DNA of 63,738 nucleotides, filler included, from Choristocarpus tenellus KU-1152 (lineage: Eukaryota > Protista > Phaeophyceae): assembly GCA_964200185.2 (NCBI GenBank). It is 10 parts of 10 records of this genome, joined end to end, with 100 filler letters (N's around TTAATTAATTAA, not from the genome) between each part and the next. Parts side by side here need not be neighbours in the genome. Positions count along the whole stretch, not along the records: positions 39,200 to 49,199 come from CAXNAD020003217.1; positions 49,300 to 55,200 come from CAXNAD020009464.1; 8 more parts are not named here. The stretch is one strand, 5' to 3'. The notes under the pieces were generated by a model that did not search any database, was not told the DNA's origin, and was given only the letters and a program-made list of their open reading frames with translations. The position numbers and the translations under genes are program-made. Below, piece by piece: positions 40,421-52,931 of this stretch. How positions within the stretch are numbered: the stretch's first letter is position 1; every line of letters starts with the position of its first letter.

Positions 40421-43400
40421 CTAAATCTGACCCCCAGCAAGGATTGATGCAGCTTGCACTGCTAGTTTCCTGACCTCAACGCTAGGGTCCATATTCACAG
40501 CTCCCAACACTAGTCGCTTTGCCCGGGACAGTACAGCTGGGGAGATCACGGACTCTGACACAGACCCTGAAACTGCTGTTGCAGAAACCCCTACAGGTCT
40601 AGCCAAATGGGATATCGCAGGGACAGAAATTGCTGGATTTCTCACAAAGGATTCAACAGGGGTGTCACTTGAGCGAGGTGGGACAGGGAAGGATGACACT
40701 TTAGGGGGCTTGTTAAGTTCAGCGGCGGCAACACCCATGAGGAGTTTGAAGCCAGAGATCCGAACCTGTATAGATGAAGAGATAAGATAGAGCAGGTTAG
40801 GGAAAGCAGAGGTCGTTGTTGGTTGTGGCTAAAGGTATCTGGGGGAGGGGTGGGCGGCTGTCCATTTGGGACCAATTTTTTCATGTTGCGATTTTTGGTT
40901 GATTTGGTCCCATACGTTGGATGGATAATGAAAGTGCACTTTTCCTGGTTTTGGTCCAAAATGGACACTCTGGTGTAGACCCGCCTCGCCCCCCCCCCCC
41001 NNNNNNNNNNTTAATATTTGTGTGTGATTTATAGATTATCTTTCTTTGTTTTTGTTTCAAAAGTTAACCTGTGGTGATGCCCCCCCCCCCCCCCCCCCCC
41101 CCAGATACTTTGGGTCTTGTGCTGGAGGATCAGATTATCGTTTCCATGACTGGATGTATGGGTGATTGTACAAAAACGGAATAGAACATCGAAATACTTC
41201 ATAGGTTGAATTGAAATCTTGATAATAAATCTGGCACTGTGAAGCTATTTCTTGACTGACGTTATCGATACTTCTGCTCTGTGTTATACATGAGTGGTGG
41301 GGTTTACTGGGGAAGGAGGTGCACTCAAATAGCAGGGTAGCACACAAATTTGATGGAGCCAGTGCACAAACCCTCATCACCCAACAAACCAACAGGTGTC
41401 AACCATTCTGGTACTACTACTGAATGTGGGCAATGAATGACATTTCTCTCCGTGCTGTTCATGCTGTTCATACACATCGCACATACTTGAATGTTGGAAA
41501 GATGAGTACCATGTAATGTGACCCAAAAATAATTATTCGCTCCTGGTGGTATCAAGTCAGGACCGACTTGACTCAACTTTATCATACCATTCTCGTAGCT
41601 ACCAAAGAAGTCTGCAGAGATTCGGTCTTGGCAATGCCTTTAGTAGACCATGCTTCACGTCACTGTCCACAACTCTCACATAATAGAGCGCCTTTTTCTA
41701 CGATGTTTACAAAAAATGAAGTGCATGGAGGTAAACATAACCTACTTGGTGCACTAGTAACTATCTGATATTCTTCCCAATCCTCCAACAACAAAAAAGT
41801 TGTCAAACTTCTAATTTATCATATGTTTAAGTATCTCACGACTAGGGCATCAACGTTCCACCAACAATAGAGCTCTAACTCCCCCCCCTACAATCTCACT
41901 TCATACTGATACTTGAGATTCGTCTACCAATATGCCCTTCGCCTGCTCATCTGCCAAACGGGCACAGTCGTCCATAAAGGTGTCATAGCCACCTGAACAA
42001 GGTTTGGTTAAGATGGCCTAACTCCTTTCTAAAATCACACTACTCTTCTACATACAGCGGATAGAAGGTTTCCTGCACCCATATGATGCATGCAATAATA
42101 TGTAGATGATTGCACCAGGGCACAAGTATCACAAGTACAACACCACAGGAAGAAACTTGTGGTTTTGTTGAAACACACATAAAAGCACCATCGATTCTAG
42201 AACAAATTTACACACTTCACCTATCTGTACAACTGGCATGCGGAATGAAAAAAAATGTAGGTCTTGAGGTTTGCCCTGTTGCTAGAATAATTCAGCCTCT
42301 TACCTCTTCCTCCAGTACCCCCCTATCGATGCTGTTGCAAGCAATCTCCATAACCTCATCTGGCGTTGTCACTCCATGCATTTCTCCACCAGAACGATAT
42401 ACCACGGCAAACACAACCTGCCCCAATCCATGACATGATACAGAATGACATCCATGGCATGATGTTAATGTGGAGGGGGTTGCAACAGCAGACGCACAGG
42501 AGTTAGTGAAGCCTCAGGGTAAGAGGTCACTGTCTCCATATTGAGGACCTAGGAGTGCATCGCTAATGTTATAGATGGATAAAAATCGACAAGGCATGCA
42601 TATTTCGACTCGTTCGGCACTTGCGGCTAAGGGGGTGCTGAAAAAAGTACGGAAAATCAGCTGTTTTAATATTTTTAAACACTGCCCTCCTAATTCATCT
42701 ATTTAGAATTGGTCGTAGGGATGATACAATGGCACGAAGAGACCAAGTAATTCATAGAAGCACGACTAATACGGCATAAACCCATAGATCTTTCCAAAAT
42801 CGCCTTGACAGAAATACTACCCATCGTGGCAACCAATCCTATGCAAAACTACTAGTACTACTTACCACAGGAGGAACACAAGAGCAACAAATGCTAGAGG
42901 GTGACCAATACCTGTGCAGGCGCGAGCTCATGCGTCTGGATGCATAAAATATGTACTAGTTTATGTACATATATCTATGTATTTGTTGTGTATATTTGTG
43001 TGTGTGAGAGATGAGGAGGATGCGCAAAACATTGGGGAAGGGTATGAAATACCTTGACAGGCAGTGATTTAGTTTGAGGGGTTGTATGGTGGAAAGATAA
43101 GAGTTGTTTGGTGTTTTCTCTGCCCTAACCCTAACCCTAACCCTAACCCTAACCACCCAGAACCTCTCCACCGCAGTAGAATACCTGAAGGCATGCAGCG
43201 TGAAGATGGCCTCTCCCCCCCTCCCCCCTGTTGTGTACACTCTCCTCCTTGTTCAAGTGGTCCTCTAGCAGCCTTCCATGGTCAAGGAAATCTCGAAGCA
43301 GTCCACCCCCCAAGGCCAGAGCCTGCAGACGCTCCTTGGGCATTCGTCTTGCTGCCAAGACAGCAGCATTGGCAGCACATATCCTCACCTACAAATAGTG

Positions 43401-46400
43401 AATTAAGGAAACACAGTCAGGGGGGTGTATTGAACATTTTGAGTTCTAATCAAGGGATCTTCATAGTTTTTCCTTTCAGAGATGAGGACACTATAAAACG
43501 AGGCTGTTGACAAGGATAACTTGCATCTGCAAGACTGGATGTACTCGAGAAATGGTCAAAATGCGCTCCATAAATGTGGATGGTGTGTTCCAAAAACACA
43601 TGCCATTAGAAAGTCTCACAGGGACTCTTAAACTCAGCAGTACCCCCCTCTAATATAGTTTGTTGACAAGGGTAACTTGCATCTGCAAGACTGATTGCAC
43701 TCGAAAAACGTCAAAATGCACTCCATAAATGTGGACCGTGTGTCCCAAAAACAGATGCCATTAGAATGTCTCACAGGGACTCTTAAACTCAGCGGTACCC
43801 CCTTCTAAGATAGTTCAACTTCAACGGCAAGAAAGTTAATGAGAAGAGAGGCGGTTTAGAGACAGAATTATAAGGGGTAGAGAGGCTGGGTCAGAAAGGT
43901 GAAGTAGAGTAGTTACGTACACATGTACTACGTAATATGTACCAATAGGAAATACACACATATACATCCCCCCGAGTCGAAGTACCTTAAAACGCCTTGC
44001 CAATATTTTTGGCAGGGAATTTCGGATCATTTGTACACACAGTACACTGGGAGTTCTCATCTCCACCTATATATATATATATATATTGCCGATGGGAGTG
44101 AAAGTATCTTAGGGCTAGGGTACGTGTTTTGCCCTGTTTGTCCATTTGGGGCTTGACTTCACTCGGGTTTTTAGTGACATTTTACCTAATTCACTTCCTA
44201 ACAAACACGATAGCTAGAATTACATCAAAATATCGACACTGGATTTTGATCTCCAAATGGACGCCCTAATCTCTAACCCTCTGAGATACTTCGACTTGTG
44301 GTCCGCCCTAATCCTAACCCTAATAATAACAAAAAAAAAAGTGAACAATGTTGTTCCGATTCTTAAAAACAACATAATAATAACAAAAAAAAAGTGAACA
44401 ATGTTGTTCCGATTCTTAAAAACAACATGATAATAACAAAAAAAAGTGAACAATGTTGTTCCGATTCTTAAAAACAACAACATGCGGGTGTGGCATTCGA
44501 GGTAGTGCGGCACCCTACCTACAGTAAATAAAAAGATGTAAGAGTACAGAAGATGTAAGAGTACAAAAGATGTAAGAGTGCAAAAGATGTAAGAGTGCAA
44601 AAGATGTAAGAGTGCAAAAGATGTAAAAGTGCAAAAGATGTAAGAGTGCAAAAGATGTAAGAGTGCAAAAGATGTAAGAGTGCAAAAGATGTAAGAATAC
44701 AAAAGATGTAAGAGTGCAAAAGATGTAAGAGTGCAAAAGATGTAAGAGTGCAAAAGATGTAAGAATACAAAAGATGTAAGAGTGCAAAAGATGTAAGAGT
44801 GCAAAAGGTGTAAGAGCGCAAAAGATGTAAGAGTACCACAACTGAGTAGAGGGTACAAGGACAGGGCAGGAAAGGCGAGAGTCATGGAGGGCACTGTTCG
44901 CCGGGGGGGAAAGTGATCTAGTCTGTCAGCTTCTTGATAGGACTCTTGATAGCAGATAGTGCATCGTAGTGAATAAAGCGAGAGGATAAAGTGAAGGGTA
45001 GATAACATAAAGTTAATAACATAAGGTTAATATAATAGCCTTTGAGGCGGGGATAGACAAAAAGGGTGCAGGGTAAAATAGGACTGCGGGTTACTCTTGA
45101 GGAATTTCTCGCCGTGGTAGGTTTTTTTATTGGCTTGATGGCTTTTTTTACTGTGTTTGCTGTTTTGTTTCGTATCATGATGCCCCCTCTGGCTGATGAA
45201 CCGACATGTTGTGGGTAGTACCCACCCACTGGACAAACCATATAAAAACAAAATATATATTTAAAAAAAAATGTCTGAGACATCCCAAATGCATGAATGG
45301 TACTCTCTCTATCGGGACAAGCCACGGCTAATCCAAGGCGTGCGTTCTACTGGCTCTATGAGGATACTAGGAAGTAGAAGCACAAAGTTTGCTCAATGTG
45401 ACACAACCTCACCATCAATCCGAAATGCAGGGAATGTCTTACTTTAGCTCAAGTCCTACATCTGGCCAATCACCAGCGACTCTTAATTCAGGCTTACTTC
45501 GAGGTAGTAAATCAATTTTTTCACCAACAGAGCCCGCAGACTGAATCCAAAAAATTGACCGGTTTTCACCAACAGAGGAATATCAGGTAGGCAGAGCGGT
45601 ATGGTGACACTCAACACCAACAGCACCAGTACTGTTCGAGCAATTTTACCACTGTTGTCAACGGCACCACCACCACGTGTGGTCATAACGGCACCCCCGG
45701 CTAAACCCTTCACCCCATCTTGAAACATTTTGAAGCGCACTCCAGAGCTCTCTTACGTCACACCCTGACCCTAACCTGAGTGGGAAGAAAGCCTCTACCG
45801 AGGAAACCCGCCCTTGCCTCGACTCTCTTCCACGCCTCTGATAACTGTACACCAGGGGCCCCCATCGCTGCCACCCAGTCCACGTGTGCATTTGGAAACA
45901 CTCCCCTAAGGGCCATGTCACAGAGAAGGGAAGGGATTGATTCGAGGGTAATCATAATCATAATCCCCTGTCCACATTCTGGTTGTTGTTTAGGCACATC
46001 TCGTTGTGCTCGAGTCGCCTCCGTACGTGGAACTCCACTACGAAGGGCAGTAGGACAGTCTGTAACCTACAGATGGTGACCAAGGGGGCGGAAAAAGGTC
46101 ACAGGTGTGATTCTGAATCGTCACCATAGTTGCTTCCAAATACAAAAAAAAGAGAGATAACTCAATGTTTTGAATAGTTTACGGGCCTCCTCAAAATAGA
46201 ACCTGACTTTCATAGATAACTTAAATTAGTGTCTCAACCAGGAGAGCAGCAGCTCAGACTCTGACCCTAACCCCTAAAATCAACCACAATCATTACTCAA
46301 ATTAGCACATGAAAAATGAATACTGTCAACATTTTACTAACTACACCAAGAGGACTACTGTACGCCAAAACCCTTGCGCAAATCACTCATTGTCGTTGCT

Positions 46401-47067
46401 CTTGTTTTAGATACTATGGTAAGCAGTAGTCACCCTCAGTAACTTGGTTTCTAACCACTTGAACAGAGACAGGAGGTTGGTAAATCCATACATGAATCAG
46501 GCCGGATATTAGTTCCTTTGTGTCCCTACTTGACAGTTCTCAGACAAGAAGTCTGTTTATGGAAACTCATCCCCTTTGGATCTGGGACTTCCAGAACAGG
46601 ATATTTACAAGCTACACAGGTAACTCAGGACTGCTACAACAACGGACAAAAAAATCACTATTGTCAAGTGGATATAACTCATAATTCTCTAACCCTAACC
46701 TGTACCCCTAACCCTAAGTAGCATGTCCAAGCAATTCAAACAATGCTACATAATAGAATACTCAAACCATCCCATTTATGCATATCTATCCATCACCCCC
46801 TCCTTCTTCCAATACAAGAAACAAACGCATCATCACCATACAACTCCATTTTCAATGACTACAAAACAAACAAAAAAGAAGAAAAACCTCACCTCAAGCA
46901 CAAGGGGCTGCACCCCCCTTCCCTTCCCCTCTCCCCCCCACGAGCTCGATTGCCACCCCTCTGAGAAAGTTGAAGCAGACCTTCCCGCCTGGCTTGTACT
47001 GGAAGCTTCCAAAAGAACGCCTAGGCACTCAATGCAACTCTGCTGCACTCTTACAACACCGTCCTCT
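40421..47067 (-). CDS. ARM/HEAT-repeat protein, 3' part (upstream exons not resolved)
   Basis: Exons 47067(or 47153)-46893, 46066-45776, 43388-43185, 42417-42304 and 40765-40421 join in phase 0. They give helical-repeat segments VQQSCIECLGVLLEA, LPTQ|VRICAANAAVLAARR, HAACLQ|VVFAVVYRS, VLEEE|VRISGFKLLMGV and MDPSVEVRKLAVQAASIL. From memory, the motif order resembles the C-terminus of uncharacterised plant ARM proteins (At3g57570-like); this was not checked by a search. Confidence 0.75.
40827..41116. mobile_element. MITE family B, complete copy (contains a 10-N gap)
   Basis: GGCTAAAGGTATCTGGGGG ... CCCCCAGATACTTTGGGTC with the 4-bp TSD TTGT on both sides. Confidence 0.8.
43123..43154 (-). repeat. 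Interstitial telomere-type repeat (TTAGGG)5 in an ARM-gene intron
   Basis: (CCCTAA)5 on the + strand, about 30 nt downstream of the donor at 43184. Confidence 0.95.
43505..43815. repeat. Tandem duplication of a ~156-bp intronic segment
   Basis: TGTTGACAAGG.TAACTTGCATCTGCAAGACTG...CTCACAGGGACTCTTAAACTCAGC.GTACCCCC occurs twice. Confidence 0.9.
44096..44297. mobile_element. MITE family A, internally deleted copy inside an ARM-gene intron
   Basis: Same termini and subterminal TGTCCATTTGGGG / CCAAATGGAC motifs. The flanks ATGG and GTGG are a near-TSD. Confidence 0.75.
44322..44481. repeat. ~52-bp tandem repeat x3
   Basis: TAATAAC(A)nGTGAACAATGTTGTTCCGATTCTTAAAAACAACA three times. Confidence 0.92.
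44531..44836. repeat. 17-bp minisatellite, about 18 copies
   Basis: AAAAGATGTAAGAGTGC repeated head to tail. Confidence 0.95.
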
Positions 47068-50000
47068 CTGCAAGCAATGGAAGGATACCAACAACAACCA
47101 TTGGGTATGTCAGGAAGTGGAATGGCTGGCACGTTAGAGGACTTTTGCTCAACCTACGTACAGTTTCTGCTTGAATATATATATATATATATATTTTAAA
47201 TAAAATAAAATAACTTGGAAGTATAATATTTTGCGAGGGGATAGAAGTTGCCCTGTGTTGGTCTGCATTGATATATATATATGCTCTAATCTGTCTGTAA
47301 CTGTATCGGAGGATCGATACCGCCTCCATTGAAGGCACCTTGTGTTTAAAGGGTCATTCTAATACATTGTACTGTAAATGATACACATAATATATATATT
47401 ACAATACATTCATACCTCAAATCAGAAGGCATCAACTATCTTGAGTACATGTTTCCAAGTTCCAAACAGGCACATTTTCCCAAATGAAAGGCGTTATACC
47501 AATACCTTTAGCCTATGATACAATAAAACAAGGAGCCCTGTCCTTTCCCTTCCCTTCCCTTCCTTCGTAACATCCCCCTCCCCCCCCAAAAAAAAAATAT
47601 ATTTTACATAAAATACATACTTCTTTCTGCTATCCATACTTGGTGAGGGTCACATGCCAAAAACCAAAGACAGTTAAATCTCTATTTCATTTGATTGGCA
47701 CAAACTGATGCCTCCCCTAACCCTAACCTAAATAAAATATACAGGTAAAATTGAAGTTGGTGGTGTACCCGAGAGTTGTGTGTTGGAGGGTCTCCTTCAT
47801 GCTGAACGAGACATGTTTCAGAATAATTTAGTGAACAATACAACAGGCAAGAGTCATTATCTTGTGATGGGGTGGGGGAGGGGGGAGCGTTACTGGTCGG
47901 TCAATATCCCACCATCAGCAAGATGCCATCCATAAAAAAAAAGGAATATTTTTGAATGGGACAGTTGTCGAGATGAACCATCTCAAATCACACCAAAGGA
48001 TTTCCCTTCACGCCTTGGCCTTAGTCTTGAGGGAGGTATACAGTATGTTGACATGATATTAATATAAATATTATTAATAATAACGATATTGACTAGGGAA
48101 TGAGAGGATACACATCATCAGTACTAATATAAATATTCAAATCAATGTAACTATATTTAACTATATTTAAACGAATACGGGAAAAATCCTAGGAAATTTT
48201 GTGTTGATATGACAACTATTATCACTCTTTAAATATTAATATGACGACCCTCATCACTACAAATACTAACAACTATCATCACTATTCTTGTATCAACATG
48301 GCAATGTGGCAATGAGAGGTGGTGGACAACAGAGGGTGCTTAAGCAGGGGCTAAGTACTACCAAGCTTCTACGGAGTAATAAAAGGGATGCATATAGTTC
48401 TTATTCATAGGTCGGTTGAGATAGATGCATCTACTAAAACAGTACTTCATCTTGGTCATCAATCTGTAAAATCCAAAGCAGCAAGTACCATAGGCACTCC
48501 CTCGCCCCTCCGTCCTCGTATGAACGATTCCATCGTACGTACTCTTTATCCTAACAACTGCCCGACATTTCCTGAGTTCAAATCCCTTCGGCACCAGTTT
48601 GGTTTTTTCATTTGAGACATATTTTTGGGAGTAGAAGGCATTAAGGGGTGTGTGCCTGACGAAAGTTACAGATATCCACTACTCCGCGTGTAGTGATAGC
48701 TATAGCCAATAATGTGTTAATTCGCCTTTTCCCCCTATTATACCCTTTTGTGTCTCTCTCCCCACCCTCTGACCCAACCCAAGACCTTCACCAATGCTCT
48801 TGTGGGAAGTATCACCGGGAGAGTCTCGTAATCACTACAATCACTTGAAGGTTCTAGGCCCAACATCAGACAGATTAATATAATCAAAATTATGGAGAGC
48901 ACAATCATTACTTTTCTTCCCTCATTTTTTTAATTCAAAAAGCACTAAAAAAAAATAACGAGTACAATCATAACAGCAGCAAAATAATAATAATAAATTG
49001 TTGAATGTCAATTATGCTACACAATACTACTCTTATCTTCTTCTGGTTTTGCACCACCACTCCGCGTGATGAAAACCTAAAAACTTCTGCCTGCCAAGTA
49101 TTGGTTCCTAGTCATAATTTGAATGTATAGAGTGAAAGTATCTTAGAGGGTACGAGTTTTGCCCTGTTTGTCCACTTGGGGCTTGGCTTCCCACAGGTGN
49201 NNNNNNNNNNNNNNNNNNNNNNNNNNNNNNNNNNNNNNNNNNNTTAATTAATTAANNNNNNNNNNNNNNNNNNNNNNNNNNNNNNNNNNNNNNNNNNNNA
49301 GAATGTGCACTTTTCCCGATTATGGTCCAAATGGACACTCTGGTGCAGACCCCCCCCCCTCCCCCAGATACTTTGGGTCAGAGTTTTTCGTGTTTGAAAT
49401 TACAGTACTAGTACAATGTACTGTCATTCTTGTGGGGGGCGTAAGAGTCAGTGGGTGTAAAACAAAGTCTTGCTACCGCTCCTTTGTATGTTCAGTTAGG
49501 GTTTTTTTGGCCTTCCATTTATCATGTCTTCTTTCTATGAGCAGAATAGGTAGTATAAAGCATGTACGGAAATTGTTTGCTTAGTGAGCAGGATGAAAAT
49601 GAAATACGCATGGCTTTCCCCCATGTACTGCGTAGATATTGTTCAAGGAATATTCATTTAGATCCTGAGGGACGAATATATTTGTTGTGGCTGGAGGCAT
49701 AAATATGCTTTCCAGAGTTTCAAGATTAGGTTAGGATTCATGCTCCTACTACGGGAAGTGGCAAGTGTAGGAAGTAATCTACAACTAAATAATGGAGTAC
49801 CAAATGTTGTTTCTCTTAATGTTTGTTATGACAAGGTGACAGTAACAGAAGTAGTAACTATTGATTTGTACTTTGTATGTGGAGGTATTGTACTAGTGAT
49901 GGAGGAAGTGAAGGTATTTTTGTTTGTTGTAACTGTGTATACTAGAAACTTTTTTGTCTTCATCTGTAAATACGATTTGGGCATTGGACGTGATACAACA

Positions 50001-50499
50001 AACACACTGTGTTTTGTATTTGATGCACATCTCTCTCAACAATAATGGTATGGCAGGAAACACACTGGAGAAGTGAATCTAATATTCTACTAGGGCACAA
50101 TAATGAACCAAGAAGCAGACACCTACATCACTAATAGTGCAATAAATGAATAGGCTACAAGCAAATAATGTTTTTCCTTGTTGATAGTATGAATTGGAGT
50201 GCGATCTCTCTTAACCATGGTGAGGCTACAGTGAAGGATGAAGTAAATATCTGACCATGGAAACTCCTATCTGGTGTACATTTGTAAATTATGCAAATCT
50301 ACCTGACCATTCTCCTTCGAATTGAGAAATATATGCCATCGTAATTTCTAGAGAAGCAACCAGAGGGGAACTAGCAATGCTTTTTCTGGACTGGATTTAT
50401 GACGTGGACAACAAGAAGGGCATGCCCTACCAAATCTACATCCAATGTATGCTGCAAACATTGTGAGAAAATCCAAGGGTCTATTCGATGTAGGGGCTT

Positions 50500-50755
50500 G
50501 AGTGAAAGTATGTTGGAGGGTACGAGTTTTGCCCTGTTTGTCCATTTGGGGCTTGGCTTTCCTTGGGGTTTTTATAACTTTCTTAATCCAAAATATTTTG
50601 GAGTAGTTAAAGTGTATATGTCATAAAAAGGTGTGTTAGGAACAAGGATATTGACGCTTCCTAATAAACACGATAGCCAAAATTACATCGGAATCACAAC
50701 ATTGGATTTTGGTCCCCAAATGGACCCAGCTCCACCCTCTAAGATACTTTGGCTC
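50500..50755. mobile_element. MITE family A, complete copy
   Basis: Left end GAGTGAAAGTATGTTGGAGGGT and right end CCCTCTAAGATACTTTGGCTC form imperfect TIRs. The 4-bp TSD GCTT is on both sides. Confidence 0.9.
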
Positions 50756-51639
50756 GCTTCCAATAAATTGAAAATCAAACCTTAGTTGCGACTTTGAAAT
50801 CCATAGTGTTGAGAATGGAAAGACTTCATGAGCATGAGCTCTATCAACTTGAACGATCTCAGTATACTCAATTATAACAAAAAATGGGCATTGAATATGA
50901 AGCAGCACAAAGCGCCTTAAGGAAAACGCCCTCCTACTGAAAATTCCACTCGAGGCTAAAATGTTCAAGCTGGCTTTACCTTTCGGCGCTCTTTGCTCTC
51001 ATTGAAATACACTCTAACATATTGTCTGAGAAACTACTTTTTTACAGCAAATTGTTTTGATGTTTGGAAGAAAATAGTGAACGAATTGTTGTCAAGAGGG
51101 GCATTATGGAATGAGGTCTGATGAATACACATTTTATAATTTGATGCATCTATTATCTGTGTATAATGTGGGATAATGTTTCTGTTGCATTCTTTTGCAG
51201 CCTATCATGCATCCACCTTAAATCTGTGTTGTAAATGGACAAAGAGGTACACATATTCTGAGTCCAGCCTGTCGCGTTCAACAGTTGCAATATTCCCACC
51301 TGTTGAGACCATAAGTTCCGAGTCTACCCCTAATCACAATGCAAGACAGGCTGTTACAAACCCTTCGCCTTTTCTGGGAGGACTGTCCCCCCTCAATGTG
51401 GGTAGTATGTATATGTGGACTTGGTTCCATAACCGACTATTATCTTCCGCCTGTGCTCTGTCCCACTCTTCCACAATGCCATCGATTCAAATTCCACCTA
51501 CTTCCAAATATCCTTATGCCCATTCGGTGGAATAGAACAAAGGATTATCATCCCGAGGTCTAAACAAAGAGCCAGGACCTGCTTCCACTAAATCCTCTCA
51601 GCTGTTTACTCTTACACGCAGAGTACTGGACAATGTTCC

Positions 51640-52931
51640 TGCCTGCATCTACCAAAGCAGTTCATGGAATGAACATAGTCACTCCTGCACCTGGAGCACA
51701 GTATTCTCCATTTCCACTTTTTCAGGAGTGGCGGCTTTAAAGGTACTGCAGGCTTGCACTGCTTTGTCAAGCTCCACCTGCACATCATAGTATGTGTCAC
51801 CCTCTAGAGATGTTTGCGCTTCCATTATGGGCTCCACCAACCCTATCACAAGAGTCATCACATTCTACATATCTACTCTAAGCACTCCTTGTGCTGATTG
51901 GACTTGGAGTAGGCACCAACAACTGCCTGGGGGTCGACTTCAGGAAGTCTCTAATTCCGTCACTGTTGAAGGCTGTATCTGTCACACACTCCAAGTGGCG
52001 ATCTATGTAATGAGGGTGATGATGGGATGGCCCCACTCCAGTAAGCGACCCATCTTAATCATTGATAAGAGTGAAAGTATCTTAGAGGGTACGAGTTTTG
52101 CCCTGTTTGTCCATTTGGGATTTGGCTTACCATGGATATTTTATGATATTTTCCTACTCCAAAATGTTTTGGAGTAGGTAAAATGTGTATGTCATGAAAC
52201 GGTTTGTCCGGAACAAGGATACTGGCACTTCTTAAAAACATGATAGCCAGAATTACATCAAAATCGGAACATTGGATTTTGGTCCCCAAATGAACGCGGT
52301 CCTACCCTCTAACGTACTTTGGCTCATAACTCCCAGTCCACCGCACACGCTTACACGCTTGCAGCAGGTCCTCGCAATTTTTACCAATTCTACCAGGTCT
52401 TAACAAGATCGTCGGTCGTTCTGCCTGGGGTGATTGATGCAGTCAGGAGAGAGCAATAACCTTGAACGCGTCATCAATGCTGGACACGGTGAGTGGGTGA
52501 AAGGTGTGACCAGAGGGACCTGTCCTCCAACCATCCGTTCTGATGGACACACACTGATCACCAACCATCTTGGTGAGCTCGATCTATATTTCTTCCTTGA
52601 TCTTCCTCATAGTATCAAGGAGTCAGCGGCCATCAGGTATGAATACTCGGTTGTACAAATGAAGTACCGTTTCCTTGGAGTGGACACTTTCCACGACTTG
52701 CCGCCGGACAGTACAGGTTGAGGGATGGTTAGCAGGCAATAGATCATTGTGATGTCAAAGAGGATACAGGAAAATAACCTACCCGATGACAACATACTCC
52801 AAGACGGAAGAACAAAGGAGGAAATTGTTGCACACGGTGCGAAGGTGGCGAGAGCAAGTTGTGAAAGGCTGAGATCCAAGATCAGCTATGACGATGAAGC
52901 AGCAAAGACGAGTGGAAGTATCTTCTCTTAA
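51640..52931 (+). pseudogene. Probable decayed hAT-like transposase, interrupted by a family A MITE
   Basis: Fragments occur in the expected order: AALKVL, CHPL, SKWRSM (compare TRWxS), INAGHGEWVKG...SDG (compare DxGxxFVKAxYxLEGDG) and HGAKVARASCERLRSK. There are many stops and frameshifts, and the recognition is by eye only. Confidence 0.35.
52069..52325. mobile_element. MITE family A, complete copy
   Basis: GAGTGAAAGTATCTTAGAGGGT ... ACCCTCTAACGTACTTTGGCTC with the 4-bp TSD ATAA on both sides. It is colinear with 50500-50755. Confidence 0.9.

Noticed and set aside
44322-44836. CRISPR-like appearance of the repeat arrays (also 61880-63695)
   Set aside because: The units are head to tail without unique spacers, no cas genes are present, and the context is eukaryotic.
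44220-45008. Long repetitive ORFs (also 8609-8976, 11283-11903 and 62870-63448)
   Set aside because: They are by-products of stop-free tandem repeats in introns or satellite DNA, and are open in several frames.
48570-48597. tRNA-like 3' end GAGTTCAAATCCCTTCGGCACCA
   Set aside because: There is no matching 5' acceptor strand, D-arm or anticodon arm upstream. At most it is a SINE or tRNA fragment.
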